Shown piece after piece: positions 44,111 to 54,705 of a DNA stretch of 64,000 bases; position 1 is the stretch's first letter; the number at the start of each line of letters is the position of its first letter. Under the pieces are notes generated by a model, which saw only the letters and a list, made by a program, of their open reading frames with translations, did no database searches and was not told where the DNA came from. The position numbers were made by a program, and so were the translations under genes. The stretch spans positions 32,001 to 96,000 of the forward strand of contig JAYFMW010000008.1 in assembly GCA_042408215.1 (NCBI GenBank), given 5' to 3'. The DNA is from Microcoleus sp. (lineage in GTDB: Bacteria; Cyanobacteriota; Cyanobacteriia; Cyanobacteriales; Microcoleaceae).

Positions 44111-44223
44111 CTAGATCCCTGATTTGTCACTCCCTCCCATGCTGACGGGGTGACAACCCAGTCAAAACCCTTCTGGCCTTGGAAGAGAGATGATTTATGG
44201 TAAAAGATTTATGGTAGAGCCGA

Positions 44224-44260
44224 AGTCAGGATTCAGGAGTCAGGAGTCAGGAGTCAGGAG
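44224..44260. repeat. Heptamer repeat (AGGAGTC)n
   Basis: About 5 copies. Confidence 0.8.
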
Positions 44261-44648
44261 CGTTGCTCGATCGCCGGTCGTTGGGTTAGGAGTAGGATGC
44301 TTCACTATTAAGGGTGGAATCAATCATTCATCTCCTGACAGCCCTCTTCTACTGCTATAAACAGGACTTATATTGTTTACGGTTGCATCGGAATGATTTA
44401 ACCGCAGAGACCACAGAGGACACAGAGGAAGAGAGAGATGAATAATTTCGATACCAACGGATTTGATATTACGCAAGTACGCTATATGTTGGGTACTTGG
44501 GTCAGGTTGCTCGAAGCATCTAGCTACTGTGCGATCGTCCTGACTACGAACTGGTGTAGATAGACTCTGGCAAGTTTAATGTAGGGTGCGCCGCAGCGCA
44601 CTTGACCCTATACATAGCAGAAAAAACGATTTATTGCGTCAGTCATAT

Positions 44649-45662
44649 TTATGATTTGCTAAGGGCTACATTTTGCCCTGTTTCGCTCGATCGCCTTCCA
44701 GCATCTGCAACTTTCAAAGCGTACAAACTACTGGTATTATTCACGTATAAAGGCGTATTTTTAAACAAATATTCTAACACCATGTCCGTATCTTTTGCAA
44801 ACAAACCGCGCCGCGTTCCCACTGGGATATTTTGCCTATTTGCTCCCTGAATTAATTGACCTGATTCGGGAGTAAAAATCAGAGTTCCCTCTGATCCGTA
44901 AATTGTAAAAACGTTTTCCGACTGCGAAAAAGTTTCGCCTTTTCCATAAACAACTTCAGCAATAATTCCATCAGCAAAGCGTAACTGCGCGTTGCACAAA
45001 CAAGCTTTATAAAAGTCTGGCTGAGTGTTCCAAAATTGAGCTTGACAGTTAACGCTTGTCACTTCCCCAAACAAATCTGTAAATCGGTGGAGTCGCGAAA
45101 TTGCACCAACTAACGGAAACCCAAAGAGCGAATGTTGATAAGTCCACCGCTGCGGCGCTGGATGTTGAGGAGTAATCGTAACGTAGCGGGTGTAAAAAAC
45201 TTGGCCAACTAAGGGTAAAGATGCTTTGATGGCTTGGTGTAAGCCGCCTAAGAGTTCGATGTGTTCGATGTGGAGGAGTTTTTGCTTTTGTTTGGCAAGG
45301 GCGATCGCCCGATCGCCCTCTGATACGTCTAAAGATAGAGGATATTCGACCACAACGTGCTTGTCGTTTTCCAATGCCGCGATCGCGATCGCCCCGTGCT
45401 CCCGATTCACCGTACAGACAATTACCAAATCCAAATCGTCCCTTTCCACCAACTTGCGCCAAGAAACCGCAGCCTCGGCCCCGAATGCTTGACAAAACGC
45501 TTCCGTCTTGTGCGGAGTTTGGCCGGCAACTGTCACCAAGTGGGCTCTCGCGTCAGTTTGCAGCATCTCGGCCCTCAACTTAGCGGCAAAACCAGTACCC
45601 ACAATCCCCACCCTAATTGGAGAATTGACCGAAAAACCAGAGCGAGTATCAATATTAGTCAT
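44649..45662 (-). CDS. bvdR: Biliverdin reductase (Gfo/Idh/MocA fold)
   Basis: HVVVEYP, HIEHIELLGG, PAPQRWTY and RRGLF motifs, as in cyanobacterial BvdR. Confidence 0.85.
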   Translation of the reverse strand: MTNIDTRSGFSVNSPIRVGIVGTGFAAKLRAEMLQTDARAHLVTVAGQTPHKTEAFCQAFGAEAAVSWRKLVERDDLDLVIVCTVNREHGAIAIAALENDKHVVVEYPLSLDVSEGDRAIALAKQKQKLLHIEHIELLGGLHQAIKASLPLVGQVFYTRYVTITPQHPAPQRWTYQHSLFGFPLVGAISRLHRFTDLFGEVTSVNCQAQFWNTQPDFYKACLCNAQLRFADGIIAEVVYGKGETFSQSENVFTIYGSEGTLIFTPESGQLIQGANRQNIPVGTRRGLFAKDTDMVLEYLFKNTPLYVNNTSSLYALKVADAGRRSSETGQNVALSKS

Positions 45663-46180
45663 AGAATTTGAGATTTGAGAGTGGTGTCGTCAGGCTTTAC
45701 GGCTCGATCGCCCAAATCCTGAATTGGTGCAAAAATGCGATCGCCCGGTTCAATACCCAAGTCTTGATGCCATCTAACTATACATTCCACAGGGTTTGGA
45801 GACCAACTAGAGCCTCGCGAGTGCAAACACTACCGCACCGATGACCGAAACCAATTGGGTGCGGGGCCCCCGATTCATTCCTGGGCCCGATCGGGACGGA
45901 GACACAGAAAAGCTCCGCATTCTCACAAGCCCCCGGATTTATTCCTTCCCACGCTGACTGACTGGAGTAAATCTCAAGATAGATATAAGCAATCAGGATG
46001 AAATTAGAAAAATTTATAACTAATCCCATTCCAATTTTTTGTACATAAGTGTGTCAACCTCCCTTATTTCCCCTACTATCATAAAGGGAACGAACCTAAG
46101 ACCAAACCTCAAAGCTAATAAAGCATTGAAGTTTTGATTAGGAAAACTTATAAATCTTGTTGAATTTTTGAGAGGATTAG

Positions 46181-46483
<303 letters not shown>

Positions 46484-46492
46484 AAACAGCCT

Positions 46493-46546
46493 CAGCCATC
46501 GGCTGTCACTCTCAGCTATAAATTAATAGCTGTTTGAGCCGATGGC
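46493..46546 (+). terminator. Stem-loop downstream of petF
   Basis: GCCATCGGCT...AGCCGATGGC arms between convergent genes. Confidence 0.5.
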
Positions 46547-46664
46547 GGGTCTCAAATCTGGTCAAACGGACGCGAAGCAAGCTAGGGACACGTCACTGTG
46601 GTGTCCCTAAATATACAGCAGATTCCACGTTTATCATAAACCTGGAATACGCTGTATGTGGATT

Positions 46665-48320
46665 CTATTCCCGCCAAAATGTAATCGCATCATTAAGCGG
46701 CACAACTTGAGCGCCGGGAAAATAAAAGCTGAGAATGCGATCGCCATTCCAGCCCAAATTAGCCAAATTGTAAGAACCAGTTTGACTCATTCCCACCCCA
46801 TGTCCGAAACCGCCTCCCACAAAAGCATAACCATTGAGAGTTTGATCTGGGTTATAAATAGGATCTAGGTAAAACAGCGTGCTGATGGGAGGGTAAAAAG
46901 CATTGCGAATCTCGTCTTTGTCAATATCGATCGCCCCCAAGTCAGTTTGTACCTTCATTTGCAAAACTCGACCACCGGGAGACCTTTCGACCACTAGCAC
47001 CTGACTAATAGTTTTAAAATTAGCCAGCGGGTGCTGTTTTTTCTGAAGATACTGTTTGAGAAACCCAGCAATCGCCGTCAAAGAAGCTTCTTCCCGCCAC
47101 CGAAAAGTATCTTGTTTTTCCTCATTAAACCCATTTTTCAAACTGATAAAGCGACGGAAATTGTTTTCATCCGACAAACTCTGCTTCGACAAATCCCAAA
47201 CCTTAGACGGCGCATCAATGATCGATCGCAAATAAGGGCGTTCCGGGCCGTGCCAAACATCCCCAAAAAGTGCAGTAACGCCGCCACTAGAGGCCGAATA
47301 AAGGGCATCAACCAACTCATTTTGATAAGTTAGAACCAAACCGCTAGTTTGGGCGATCGCCTTATCAGTTTGCGGGTAAACCTCCGTCAAACCCTGATAA
47401 ACTTGGCAATTAACATCAGCGCACAACTCATAATTATCGATCGCAAAACGGCGCAAATTTCTCAGCGCATAAGTTCTCGCCAAAATAGCCTGTGCTTCCT
47501 GAGAAGCATAGGGCGAAAAAGCTCCAATTTCGTGCGGCACAACTCCCCGCAAATAAGTTTCTGTCGGCACTTCATTCACCAAAGTATAAGTGCCGTAAGC
47601 ATTTTTCTGAAGGTGCAAACTGCCACCATAACGGCGAGTTTGTTGAATAGCTTTCTCAGGCTCAGTAGCTGTCACCTCTTGAGTAGTCTGTTCCGTTACC
47701 TCAATCACATTTTTACCCGCCGCCACATCTAACTCATTGCGGTTAAAACGAAAGCCGTTCAATACCCAAAATGCCTGGGGGATTTGTTTCAAAACTTTGG
47801 TATCTAAAAAAGCAGTTTTATTGCCTTGAGCTTGCAAACTTTGCAACAGCCAGCGTCGCACTAAAGGAGAGTTGTAATTATCTCTTTTTGCCCAAACTTG
47901 CCAGCGCAAAGGTTGAGCAATTTCTACTTCAATTCCCTTAGCACGCCACTGATTAGCACTATCTTCTGCACTCTCAAAACTGCGATGAGAACTCAGTACC
48001 ACTCGTTCTTCTACTGATGGCGTTTCCAGCGGTTTCGCGGCGATTTCTAACTTGATACTAGGAACCTTTGCGGTTTCTATGCCTTGAGGAGTTTTGTAAC
48101 TTACAGTTAAGCTGTCACCCGGTATGGCTTTCAGTGTCAACTTATCCGTTGCTTTGGTGCCAAACCGCTGCACTACGCCGATTTTGATTTCTCGATTTTG
48201 GGGACTTTGGGCGGTAGCGGCAGCACTGGCGAGGGGTAACAGGCAAAATGCTGTCACAGCAGCGCTAGAAATGCAGCTAAACCATTTGTAATTGGGAGTT
48301 TGAGGTGCTTGAGCCAACAC
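46665..48320 (-). CDS. SpoIID/LytB domain protein
   Basis: ETYLRGVVPHE, AQAILARTYA, CQVY.G and GFGHGVGMSQ. Confidence 0.92.
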   Translation of the reverse strand: MLAQAPQTPNYKWFSCISSAAVTAFCLLPLASAAATAQSPQNREIKIGVVQRFGTKATDKLTLKAIPGDSLTVSYKTPQGIETAKVPSIKLEIAAKPLETPSVEERVVLSSHRSFESAEDSANQWRAKGIEVEIAQPLRWQVWAKRDNYNSPLVRRWLLQSLQAQGNKTAFLDTKVLKQIPQAFWVLNGFRFNRNELDVAAGKNVIEVTEQTTQEVTATEPEKAIQQTRRYGGSLHLQKNAYGTYTLVNEVPTETYLRGVVPHEIGAFSPYASQEAQAILARTYALRNLRRFAIDNYELCADVNCQVYQGLTEVYPQTDKAIAQTSGLVLTYQNELVDALYSASSGGVTALFGDVWHGPERPYLRSIIDAPSKVWDLSKQSLSDENNFRRFISLKNGFNEEKQDTFRWREEASLTAIAGFLKQYLQKKQHPLANFKTISQVLVVERSPGGRVLQMKVQTDLGAIDIDKDEIRNAFYPPISTLFYLDPIYNPDQTLNGYAFVGGGFGHGVGMSQTGSYNLANLGWNGDRILSFYFPGAQVVPLNDAITFWRE

Positions 48321-48433
48321 AGTTTTTTGTATCCCGATAGTGGAAAATTAGGAGTTTTGATTGTAGGTTAGCATATCTGCGAGTCGCGCTTCCTTTCCAT
48401 CCAACCGCCCCCGCTTTCCCGTTATGCACCCTA

Positions 48434-48610
48434 CAACACCTGCGAGTCGCCATAGACAAAGCAGCCGAACTCGGCGACGCCGACACCGCTGACTTGTATA
48501 CCGAAATTTCGCGGACAATTGACCAGCGTTTGTGGTTCCTAGAAGCGCACTTGCAAGGTTCTGCGACAACTGCAACCGCAGCCGCCCCAGCAAAAGTAGC
48601 TGTCAAATAG
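48434..48610 (+). pseudogene. dps: C-terminal remnant of Dps
   Basis: Hand translation gives LRVAIDKAAELGDADTADLYTEISRTIDQRLWFLEAHLQ...*; no 5' part. Confidence 0.8.
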
Positions 48611-48741
48611 TCAGCTATCAATGATAGGACTCTTGTGGAGCGGGCATCTTGCCTGCTCTTGCCCGCTCTAAAGATGCAGTTGCGGCACCTGACAGCTTAC
48701 GATACAGAAGATATCCAGTTATTCATTTGGATGGCTTTTTC

Positions 48742-49374
48742 GTGGTAGCTAATATTCCAGATTACGCTCCTCAACTCCAACGTCTGATGCAACAAGCAGG
48801 ACTTGGGGGCGATCGAGAACTCAGCCAAAAAGCAGGAGTTTCCGAACTTCAGCTCAGCCGTTTGCGTCGCGGCTTAGCCTTGCAAACGCGAGCAGATATC
48901 CTGCTCAAAATCAGCCAAGCCTTGGAAATTTCCTTAAACGAACTGCTCGCAACTTTTGCCCCTGGTTCTGTAGAGTTAGAACAGCCAACACCGACAGCAA
49001 TAGAGCAAGAATATCAGCGCCTGCAAGCTACACTCGATGCTCAGCGAGCATCTTTGATGGAGGAATTCCAGCTTGCGAGCTTACAAATTTTAGAATCCTG
49101 GATGTTGCAGTGGCCGACAGCCGCCCGCAAAGTCCAGGAAAATCAGCAGTTACCAGCAGTGAAATTGCTGCCTTTGCTGCGGCCAGTCGAGAAATTATTG
49201 GAAGAATGGGGGGTAGAGGCGATCGCCCCTGTGGGAGCCTCCATCCCCTACAACCCGCAACAGCATCAACTCCTCGAAGGAACAGCCGAACCCGGAGCGA
49301 CCGTCAAAGTACGCTACACGGGCTACAGACAAGGCGACAAACTCCTCTACCGCGCCAAAGTAATACCGGTTTGA
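48742..49374 (+). CDS. XRE-type HTH + GrpE-like domain protein
   Basis: RELSQKAGVSELQLSRLRRG HTH; C-terminal YNPQQHQ...V.VRY.GY..GDKLL.RAKV. Confidence 0.75.
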   Translation: MVANIPDYAPQLQRLMQQAGLGGDRELSQKAGVSELQLSRLRRGLALQTRADILLKISQALEISLNELLATFAPGSVELEQPTPTAIEQEYQRLQATLDAQRASLMEEFQLASLQILESWMLQWPTAARKVQENQQLPAVKLLPLLRPVEKLLEEWGVEAIAPVGASIPYNPQQHQLLEGTAEPGATVKVRYTGYRQGDKLLYRAKVIPV

Positions 49375-49426
49375 ATTTATAGTCAATAGTCAGTTAGTTG
49401 TCATTCTAAAGAACAAGGAAAACCTA

Positions 49427-50242
49427 ATGTCTCAATTAATTATAGCCAATGTAGCCGCCCCTTTCGTTTTGTCAAAGACGGGTAATATCTTTATTTTTCT
49501 CAGCATCATTCCCGTCGAGATGCTAGTTATTTGGGTATGCTTTAAACGCTCAAAAATCACCATTAGTTTTTCCAGATTGTTCATCGCAGTTTTAGTGGCA
49601 AATACAGCCACTTCTATTTTAGGAATTCCTCTTGTATTTAATAGTGTTTCTTCCAGTCCCATCGTCGGCTACGCTATATTCCCGACCAGCTTCATACTTT
49701 CTTTTGTGATTGAATCTGCAATTTATGGCATTTTTTTTACGACAAGACAGATTCCAATATGTAAGACAATACTAGCTTCTTTTCTCAGTAACTTGGCTAG
49801 TTATACATTTTTTTTCTTTGCTCTTACTGGCTTTTACTATCATGGTGAAAGTCCGTTTTTTACACCGAATATTCAAGCATACCCCGGGTTACAGAAACAC
49901 GTCTCACGACGTTATATTTATATGCAGAAAGACTTCTACTCTGAACACAACCGCTTTGCTTCTAATTGGGAAGAATTAAATTTTCCTGGCCAAAAAGAAG
50001 ATTATTTTTATCGATTTGATAGTCAGGGCGATGCCACGAAAGCTAGTATCACAGCTAGGAGCAAAAGAGAGGAACTCCGAAGTTACCGAGCCACAATATT
50101 TGTTATTAAAGACAAAGGCAAATTTATTCAAGGCGCTTGTGAAACTGACAAGCCATCTATGATACCTCCTGAAATGCCGCAACTGGTTAATGGTAAATTT
50201 CAATGTCCTTCTGGTTCTGTAGATAAAAGCGATGAATTTTGA
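49427..50242 (+). CDS. Membrane protein with C-terminal type IV pilin-like (G/H) domain
   Basis: TM N-terminus followed by Q..FY.E.NRFA..WEEL, A......LRSY and CET...P....CP. Confidence 0.6.
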   Translation: MSQLIIANVAAPFVLSKTGNIFIFLSIIPVEMLVIWVCFKRSKITISFSRLFIAVLVANTATSILGIPLVFNSVSSSPIVGYAIFPTSFILSFVIESAIYGIFFTTRQIPICKTILASFLSNLASYTFFFFALTGFYYHGESPFFTPNIQAYPGLQKHVSRRYIYMQKDFYSEHNRFASNWEELNFPGQKEDYFYRFDSQGDATKASITARSKREELRSYRATIFVIKDKGKFIQGACETDKPSMIPPEMPQLVNGKFQCPSGSVDKSDEF

Positions 50243-50372
50243 TTGTTTCGTTAACCATAAAAAATAGACTACGCAAAGAAACCCTGTTTCTGACCAAAGT
50301 TGTACTTTAATCACTTCAAGTTGAATTGAGAAACCGGGTTTCTGACTCCTAAATCAACAACTATCTAAGCCA

Positions 50373-51473
50373 ATGCAAAACTATCAGCTTAACTTCCGGT
50401 TTTACCGACCAACTATTTACTCTTCTGCTCTTTCTCTCTCCTTAATTCTTGGTATTGCTCACGGTTTCGCTGATGCAGCCGCGGGTTTTTTGCTAGGAAG
50501 ATTACCTCATACCATGTCCTTAGAGCAAGCAAGTGGGCTAATTATCCTCTACAACATTCTGGGTTTTGGGTATCAGCCATTAGTGGGGATGTTAACCGAT
50601 AAATTCAAACGTCCGCATCTAGCAGTTTTGGTGGGTTTGTCCTCACTTTTATTGGCGTTATTGGTGACAGATGGGCATTCACAAATGGCGGTAATTTTAG
50701 CAGGAATTGGTTCGGCGGCATTTCATGTCGGCGGCGGTGCTTTAGCGTTAACCGCGACTCCTAATCGTACTACTGGCCCTGGTTTTTTTGCCGCACCAGG
50801 AATAATTGGTTTAGCTGTCGGTGGTGTTTTAGGATGGACAGGTTATAACGTTACCTTACCAATAGTCTTACTGCTAGGTTTAATTATAGGGATCATTGCT
50901 ATAATTAACTTGTCAAAATATGATTTACTATCCCACGATCACGCTCAGTCAGGGAGTGAACCGATCGAAAATGCCAATTTTGATGATGGGGTGTTATTGT
51001 TACTGCTGATCGCGATCGCGCTTACTTCCACAGTCTGGACTAGCTTTCAATTCCTCTTACAAACCCATCTCGACTTGATCGTTGTCATAGCCTTTGCTGC
51101 TGCAATTGCTAAAGTATGTGGTGGTGTTTTTGCACAACTTTGGGGATGGCGGCGCTACACAATTTTTTCCCTGACAATTGCCGCATTTTTATTATTATTT
51201 GATCGACAAAATTACCTAACTTTAATTCTAGGTTTAGCATTACTCCAATCGACTATTCCTATCACTCTGGCTGCTACAGCCAAAATTATGCCCCAACAAC
51301 CAGCTACAGCTACAGGTTTTGCCCTCGGACTTTCTATCCTGATTGGCGGTATTCCGGTAATTGGCGGTTTGGGTGAGATCACAAGCATACCGACTGTTTC
51401 TGCTTTGATTGTCCTGATAACTACTCTGTCCCTGTGGTGGGTGTTGAAATCGAAAATTATGCTAAGTCGATGA
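50373..51473 (+). CDS. MFS-like membrane transporter
   Basis: About 12 TM helices, QPLVGMLTDK and AAFHVGGG. Confidence 0.7.
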   Translation: MQNYQLNFRFYRPTIYSSALSLSLILGIAHGFADAAAGFLLGRLPHTMSLEQASGLIILYNILGFGYQPLVGMLTDKFKRPHLAVLVGLSSLLLALLVTDGHSQMAVILAGIGSAAFHVGGGALALTATPNRTTGPGFFAAPGIIGLAVGGVLGWTGYNVTLPIVLLLGLIIGIIAIINLSKYDLLSHDHAQSGSEPIENANFDDGVLLLLLIAIALTSTVWTSFQFLLQTHLDLIVVIAFAAAIAKVCGGVFAQLWGWRRYTIFSLTIAAFLLLFDRQNYLTLILGLALLQSTIPITLAATAKIMPQQPATATGFALGLSILIGGIPVIGGLGEITSIPTVSALIVLITTLSLWWVLKSKIMLSR

Positions 51474-51689
51474 GAAAAGGAAGTTGTTGACCTATAGTAA
51501 ATGAATTTTTGTAAATTCCGAGCACTTCGACTTCGCGAGCGTGACCAGCGGTAGAAATTGGTAGTATGTCATAGGGACGCTACCGTTTAAAATGACCGCG
51601 TTGAAGCATCGGGCTTTTAATCAAGTTTCTTCGTCAAGTGCAACGGCTGTGCCCCCAACACTTCGACTTCGTTCTGTTACCGTTTTTAT

Positions 51690-51915
51690 ATAGCGCTTTC
51701 AGTATTTTGTTGAAAGCTTTGAGAGATACCTCCTGATCCGTCAGGCTAAAAGCTTGATAGATCTGCCATACACAGTAGATTTAGGCGCAATCCTGGATTT
51801 ACCGGGTTAAATGTATCTGAATGAGTTTCTCGGACTGTTTAGAGGCTGCTGGGCGCAGCCTTTAAAAGTGAAAATCTCTTAGCATCCCCGTCTCTTGATT
51901 GGCGGGGAGTGTCAA
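51690..51915 (+). mobile_element. IS200/IS605 right-end (TnpB omegaRNA-type) remnant
   Basis: Ends ATCCCCG...CGGGGAGTGTCAA like the right end at 42824; left boundary uncertain. Confidence 0.55.
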
Positions 51916-51950
51916 CTCGCAGCTATACTAGCCTTGTCTGGCTAGAAACT

Positions 51951-52299
51951 GTCAGTAACTCAGGTCTAAAGACGCGCTCGCTTGTCAGAGTAATCAAAGC
52001 AAGCTGTACTGACCAGACCCCTCGTTCATAGGAGACGTTATTTGGGTCACGACACCTCGAAATACGAAGCTAGTTTCCCGCTCTGTCGTTTGCCATTAAA
52101 CAGTCTTAAAGTCACTGAGACAGTGTTGCAAGCCGGAAAAAGCCCTTATAACCAGGTCGAAGCTAACATCACTCGTTCATAGTCGGGAGGGCAACCATAC
52201 CCTCCTCCCCTGCAAGGGGATTGTAGGCGGTTTTAACCGCCCGTGTCGTTTCCCTCTCAGGGCATTAGCCACTGAGTTTCCCACTTACCGAGCCTTTTT
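51951..52299 (+). ncRNA. Orphan IscB-type omegaRNA mini-element (no ORF)
   Basis: Collinear with 6568-6329 from GTCAGTAAC to GAAGCTAACAT, then carries the same terminal segment; ATGA follows directly. Confidence 0.85.
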
Positions 52300-52626
52300 A
52301 TGAGTTCTGTAGTTAAGATTATTCAACCCTCTGGTATTTTAGACACCACGAAGGCAAGTCAATTCCGTCAAGAGATTAGCGACCTAGTTCTAGCGGGAGC
52401 CGATGTGGTATTAATAGACTTCCAAGATGTGACTTTTATGGATAGTTCTGGTTTAGGCGCTTTAGTCTTAGCACTTAAAACAGTCCGGGCCGCTGGGAGT
52501 CAATTAGTCGTCTGTTCGATCAACGAGCAAATCCGTATCTTGTTTGAACTCACCAGCATGGATCGAGTTTTCGAGATCTTTGCCACCCGTGATGCTTTTA
52601 ACAGCAAGATGCTGTTAAATAACTAA
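52300..52626 (+). CDS. STAS-domain anti-sigma factor antagonist
   Basis: VLIDFQDVTFMDSSGLGAL. Confidence 0.93.
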   Translation: MSSVVKIIQPSGILDTTKASQFRQEISDLVLAGADVVLIDFQDVTFMDSSGLGALVLALKTVRAAGSQLVVCSINEQIRILFELTSMDRVFEIFATRDAFNSKMLLNN

Positions 52627-52684
52627 TCTTTTGGCTGCATCCTCCCTACCCCGCAAGCGTCGCAGATGTGCAGCCAGAGGTCAG

Positions 52685-53827
52685 TTAGCCAAAGTTGACC
52701 TTTAGTAAAGACCAATCATCATCAAAAACAGGTTTAGCGTTTAACTTTTGAATGTAGCTCAAAACCAGCTCTAACGGGTCGGCAGTTGCACCGTTGTAAG
52801 CTGCTAGCAAGTCAATGAAAGAATCGAGCCCCCAGATATTGCCGTCAGGTTGGTGAATCTCGTAAACCCCGTCGCTAAAGATGTAGAGAGTGCTCAAATC
52901 CTCGACATCGCAGCAATTATCGACATAGCGGGCATCGGGGAACATCCCGACAGGCATTCCGGGGGTTTTTAGTTGCTTGACTTTAGCATTGCTGGTGGGA
53001 GACTGGGAAATCAACACTGCCGGGGGATGACCGGCGCTGGCGTAAACTAACTGGCGCTTGCTCCGGTTGTAAACGCCGTACCAGATGGTGAAATATTTGT
53101 CATTTTGGTAACTCATCTGGAAAGTGGTGTTCAGGGCGCGCAAAACGTCGCTGGGTTTGTAGTAGTCAACGTTCGGTAGCGTGCGCGATCGCAACAAACT
53201 CAACACAGCCACAGAAGGCAGCGCCGCCCGCAAACCGTGTCCGGCTACGTCGAGCAAGTAAATCGCCAAATAATCTGAGTCCAGCCAGTTGTAGTCAAAG
53301 CAATCTCCCCCCAACTGTCGGGAAGGAATGAATTTTGACTCGATGCTGACAGGTTCCGTCATCGGATCTGGCAGTAGCGATTGCACGTACTCCGCCGCCT
53401 CTGCTAGTTCTGCTTCCAGACTTTGCTTGGCAATTTTCAAGTCTCGGCTGAGTTGGTGCAGCCGCAGTCCGGCGCGCACTCTCGCCTGTAACTCGTTGAG
53501 TTCAATGGGTTTGGAGATAAAATCATCGGCACCGGCGTCAAGTCCTTTGACTCGATCGGCGATCGACCCCAAAGAAGTCAACAAAAAGAATTGTGTAGTT
53601 GACAGATCCGGATCTGCCTTAACTCGACGACACACATCAATGCCGGTCAAGCGTGGCATGATCCAATCGCAGATGATCAAAGCAGGACGCAATTTTTGCG
53701 CCTGTGCTACACCCTCTTCGCCATTGCTTGCTACCGTTACTTCGTAACCCTGTTTTTTGAGGGTTCTTCTCAGCAGTTCTTGAACAGCAGTATCATCGTC
53801 TATAACCAGAATTTGAAACATGGGCAC
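52685..53827 (-). CDS. Response regulator receiver + SpoIIE/PP2C phosphatase
   Basis: IDDD, CDWIMP, GADDFISKP; GGDCFD, DVAGHG, AGHPP, FSDG and DDWS. Confidence 0.93.
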   Translation of the reverse strand: MPMFQILVIDDDTAVQELLRRTLKKQGYEVTVASNGEEGVAQAQKLRPALIICDWIMPRLTGIDVCRRVKADPDLSTTQFFLLTSLGSIADRVKGLDAGADDFISKPIELNELQARVRAGLRLHQLSRDLKIAKQSLEAELAEAAEYVQSLLPDPMTEPVSIESKFIPSRQLGGDCFDYNWLDSDYLAIYLLDVAGHGLRAALPSVAVLSLLRSRTLPNVDYYKPSDVLRALNTTFQMSYQNDKYFTIWYGVYNRSKRQLVYASAGHPPAVLISQSPTSNAKVKQLKTPGMPVGMFPDARYVDNCCDVEDLSTLYIFSDGVYEIHQPDGNIWGLDSFIDLLAAYNGATADPLELVLSYIQKLNAKPVFDDDWSLLKVNFG

Positions 53828-53912
53828 TCAGGTACTACAAGTCTTTCAACGTCTGGGAGTCATTAAAAATATATCCTGTCAGCGCGCTGACCTGAGATTG
53901 AGTATACTCTAA

Positions 53913-54118
53913 TAACATACTCACCGCCCTAAAAACTGCGGTGGTTGCTGAGCGTAGTCGAAGTATGATTCTTGACACTTCCGAAAGGCGAAGCTACCGA
54001 AAGTAGTCTGACTCTCCTGAAATGTCCATTTAGAGTCGTGGCGATGCCCCATCCCGACTTTTCTCAATTTTAGCTGAAAGCCGTCCTAGAAGGACGGGGT
54101 TTTAGACCCATTTTCTAG
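53913..54118 (-). mobile_element. TnpB-less IS200/IS605 mini-element
   Basis: Left-end hairpin nearly identical to 41474-41507, joined within ~200 bp to a degenerate right end (AAGAATC...GGCGGTGAGTATG). Confidence 0.65.
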
Positions 54119-54228
54119 ATCGCATCGCCTTCGACGAGGTAAATGCTTTTGCCTCCGCACCGTCGAGTTCAATTTACCTCTAAAATTTGATGGAAAGAGA
54201 GGGCGCGATCGAACTTCACTCAGTTTAT

Positions 54229-54539
54229 CAGAAAAATTGGGTTGAAAACCCCGTCCTTATAGGACGGCTTTTTCTACGACTCGTGCTCCGTCAGAAATCC
54301 CCATGGAGTTGGGTAGACATATCCACGCACCCACCCCTGTGTGGTATAGTAAAGGCATCAGACAAGATTTAAAAACCTACCCCTGGACTGGGGGAAAGTA
54401 TACGCCCAAAACACTTTTGAGGAGATCTGACTACACACATTTTTGTGCAAACGTGGTCAGCGAAAGGAACCCTAGAAATAGGGATATTAAGACTGAAATG
54501 TCTTAAGAATCCTCGGGCCTGTATGCCGAGGAGTGTCAA
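54229..54539 (+). mobile_element. TnpB-less IS200/IS605 mini-element
   Basis: TTAT|CAGAAAAATTGGG left end with CCGTCCTTATAGGACGG hairpin; right end AAGAATCCTCGG...CCGAGGAGTGTCAA. Confidence 0.78.
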
Positions 54540-54630
54540 GGTATCATGTTTGACCGATTAGTGAATTAAATATCTATACAACAGCCCACCAAAGCTAGTA
54601 TCCTCAAACTACCATTCAATTTTGCCGCCG

Positions 54631-54705
54631 TTGTATTTTGTCTCGTCGTATTTTGTCTGGTTGTATTTTGTCTGGTTGTATTTTGTCTCGTTGTATTTTG
54701 CCCAT
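54631..54705. repeat. 15-bp tandem repeat TTGTATTTTGTCT(C/G)G, ~5 copies
   Basis: Direct reading of the sequence. Confidence 0.9.
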
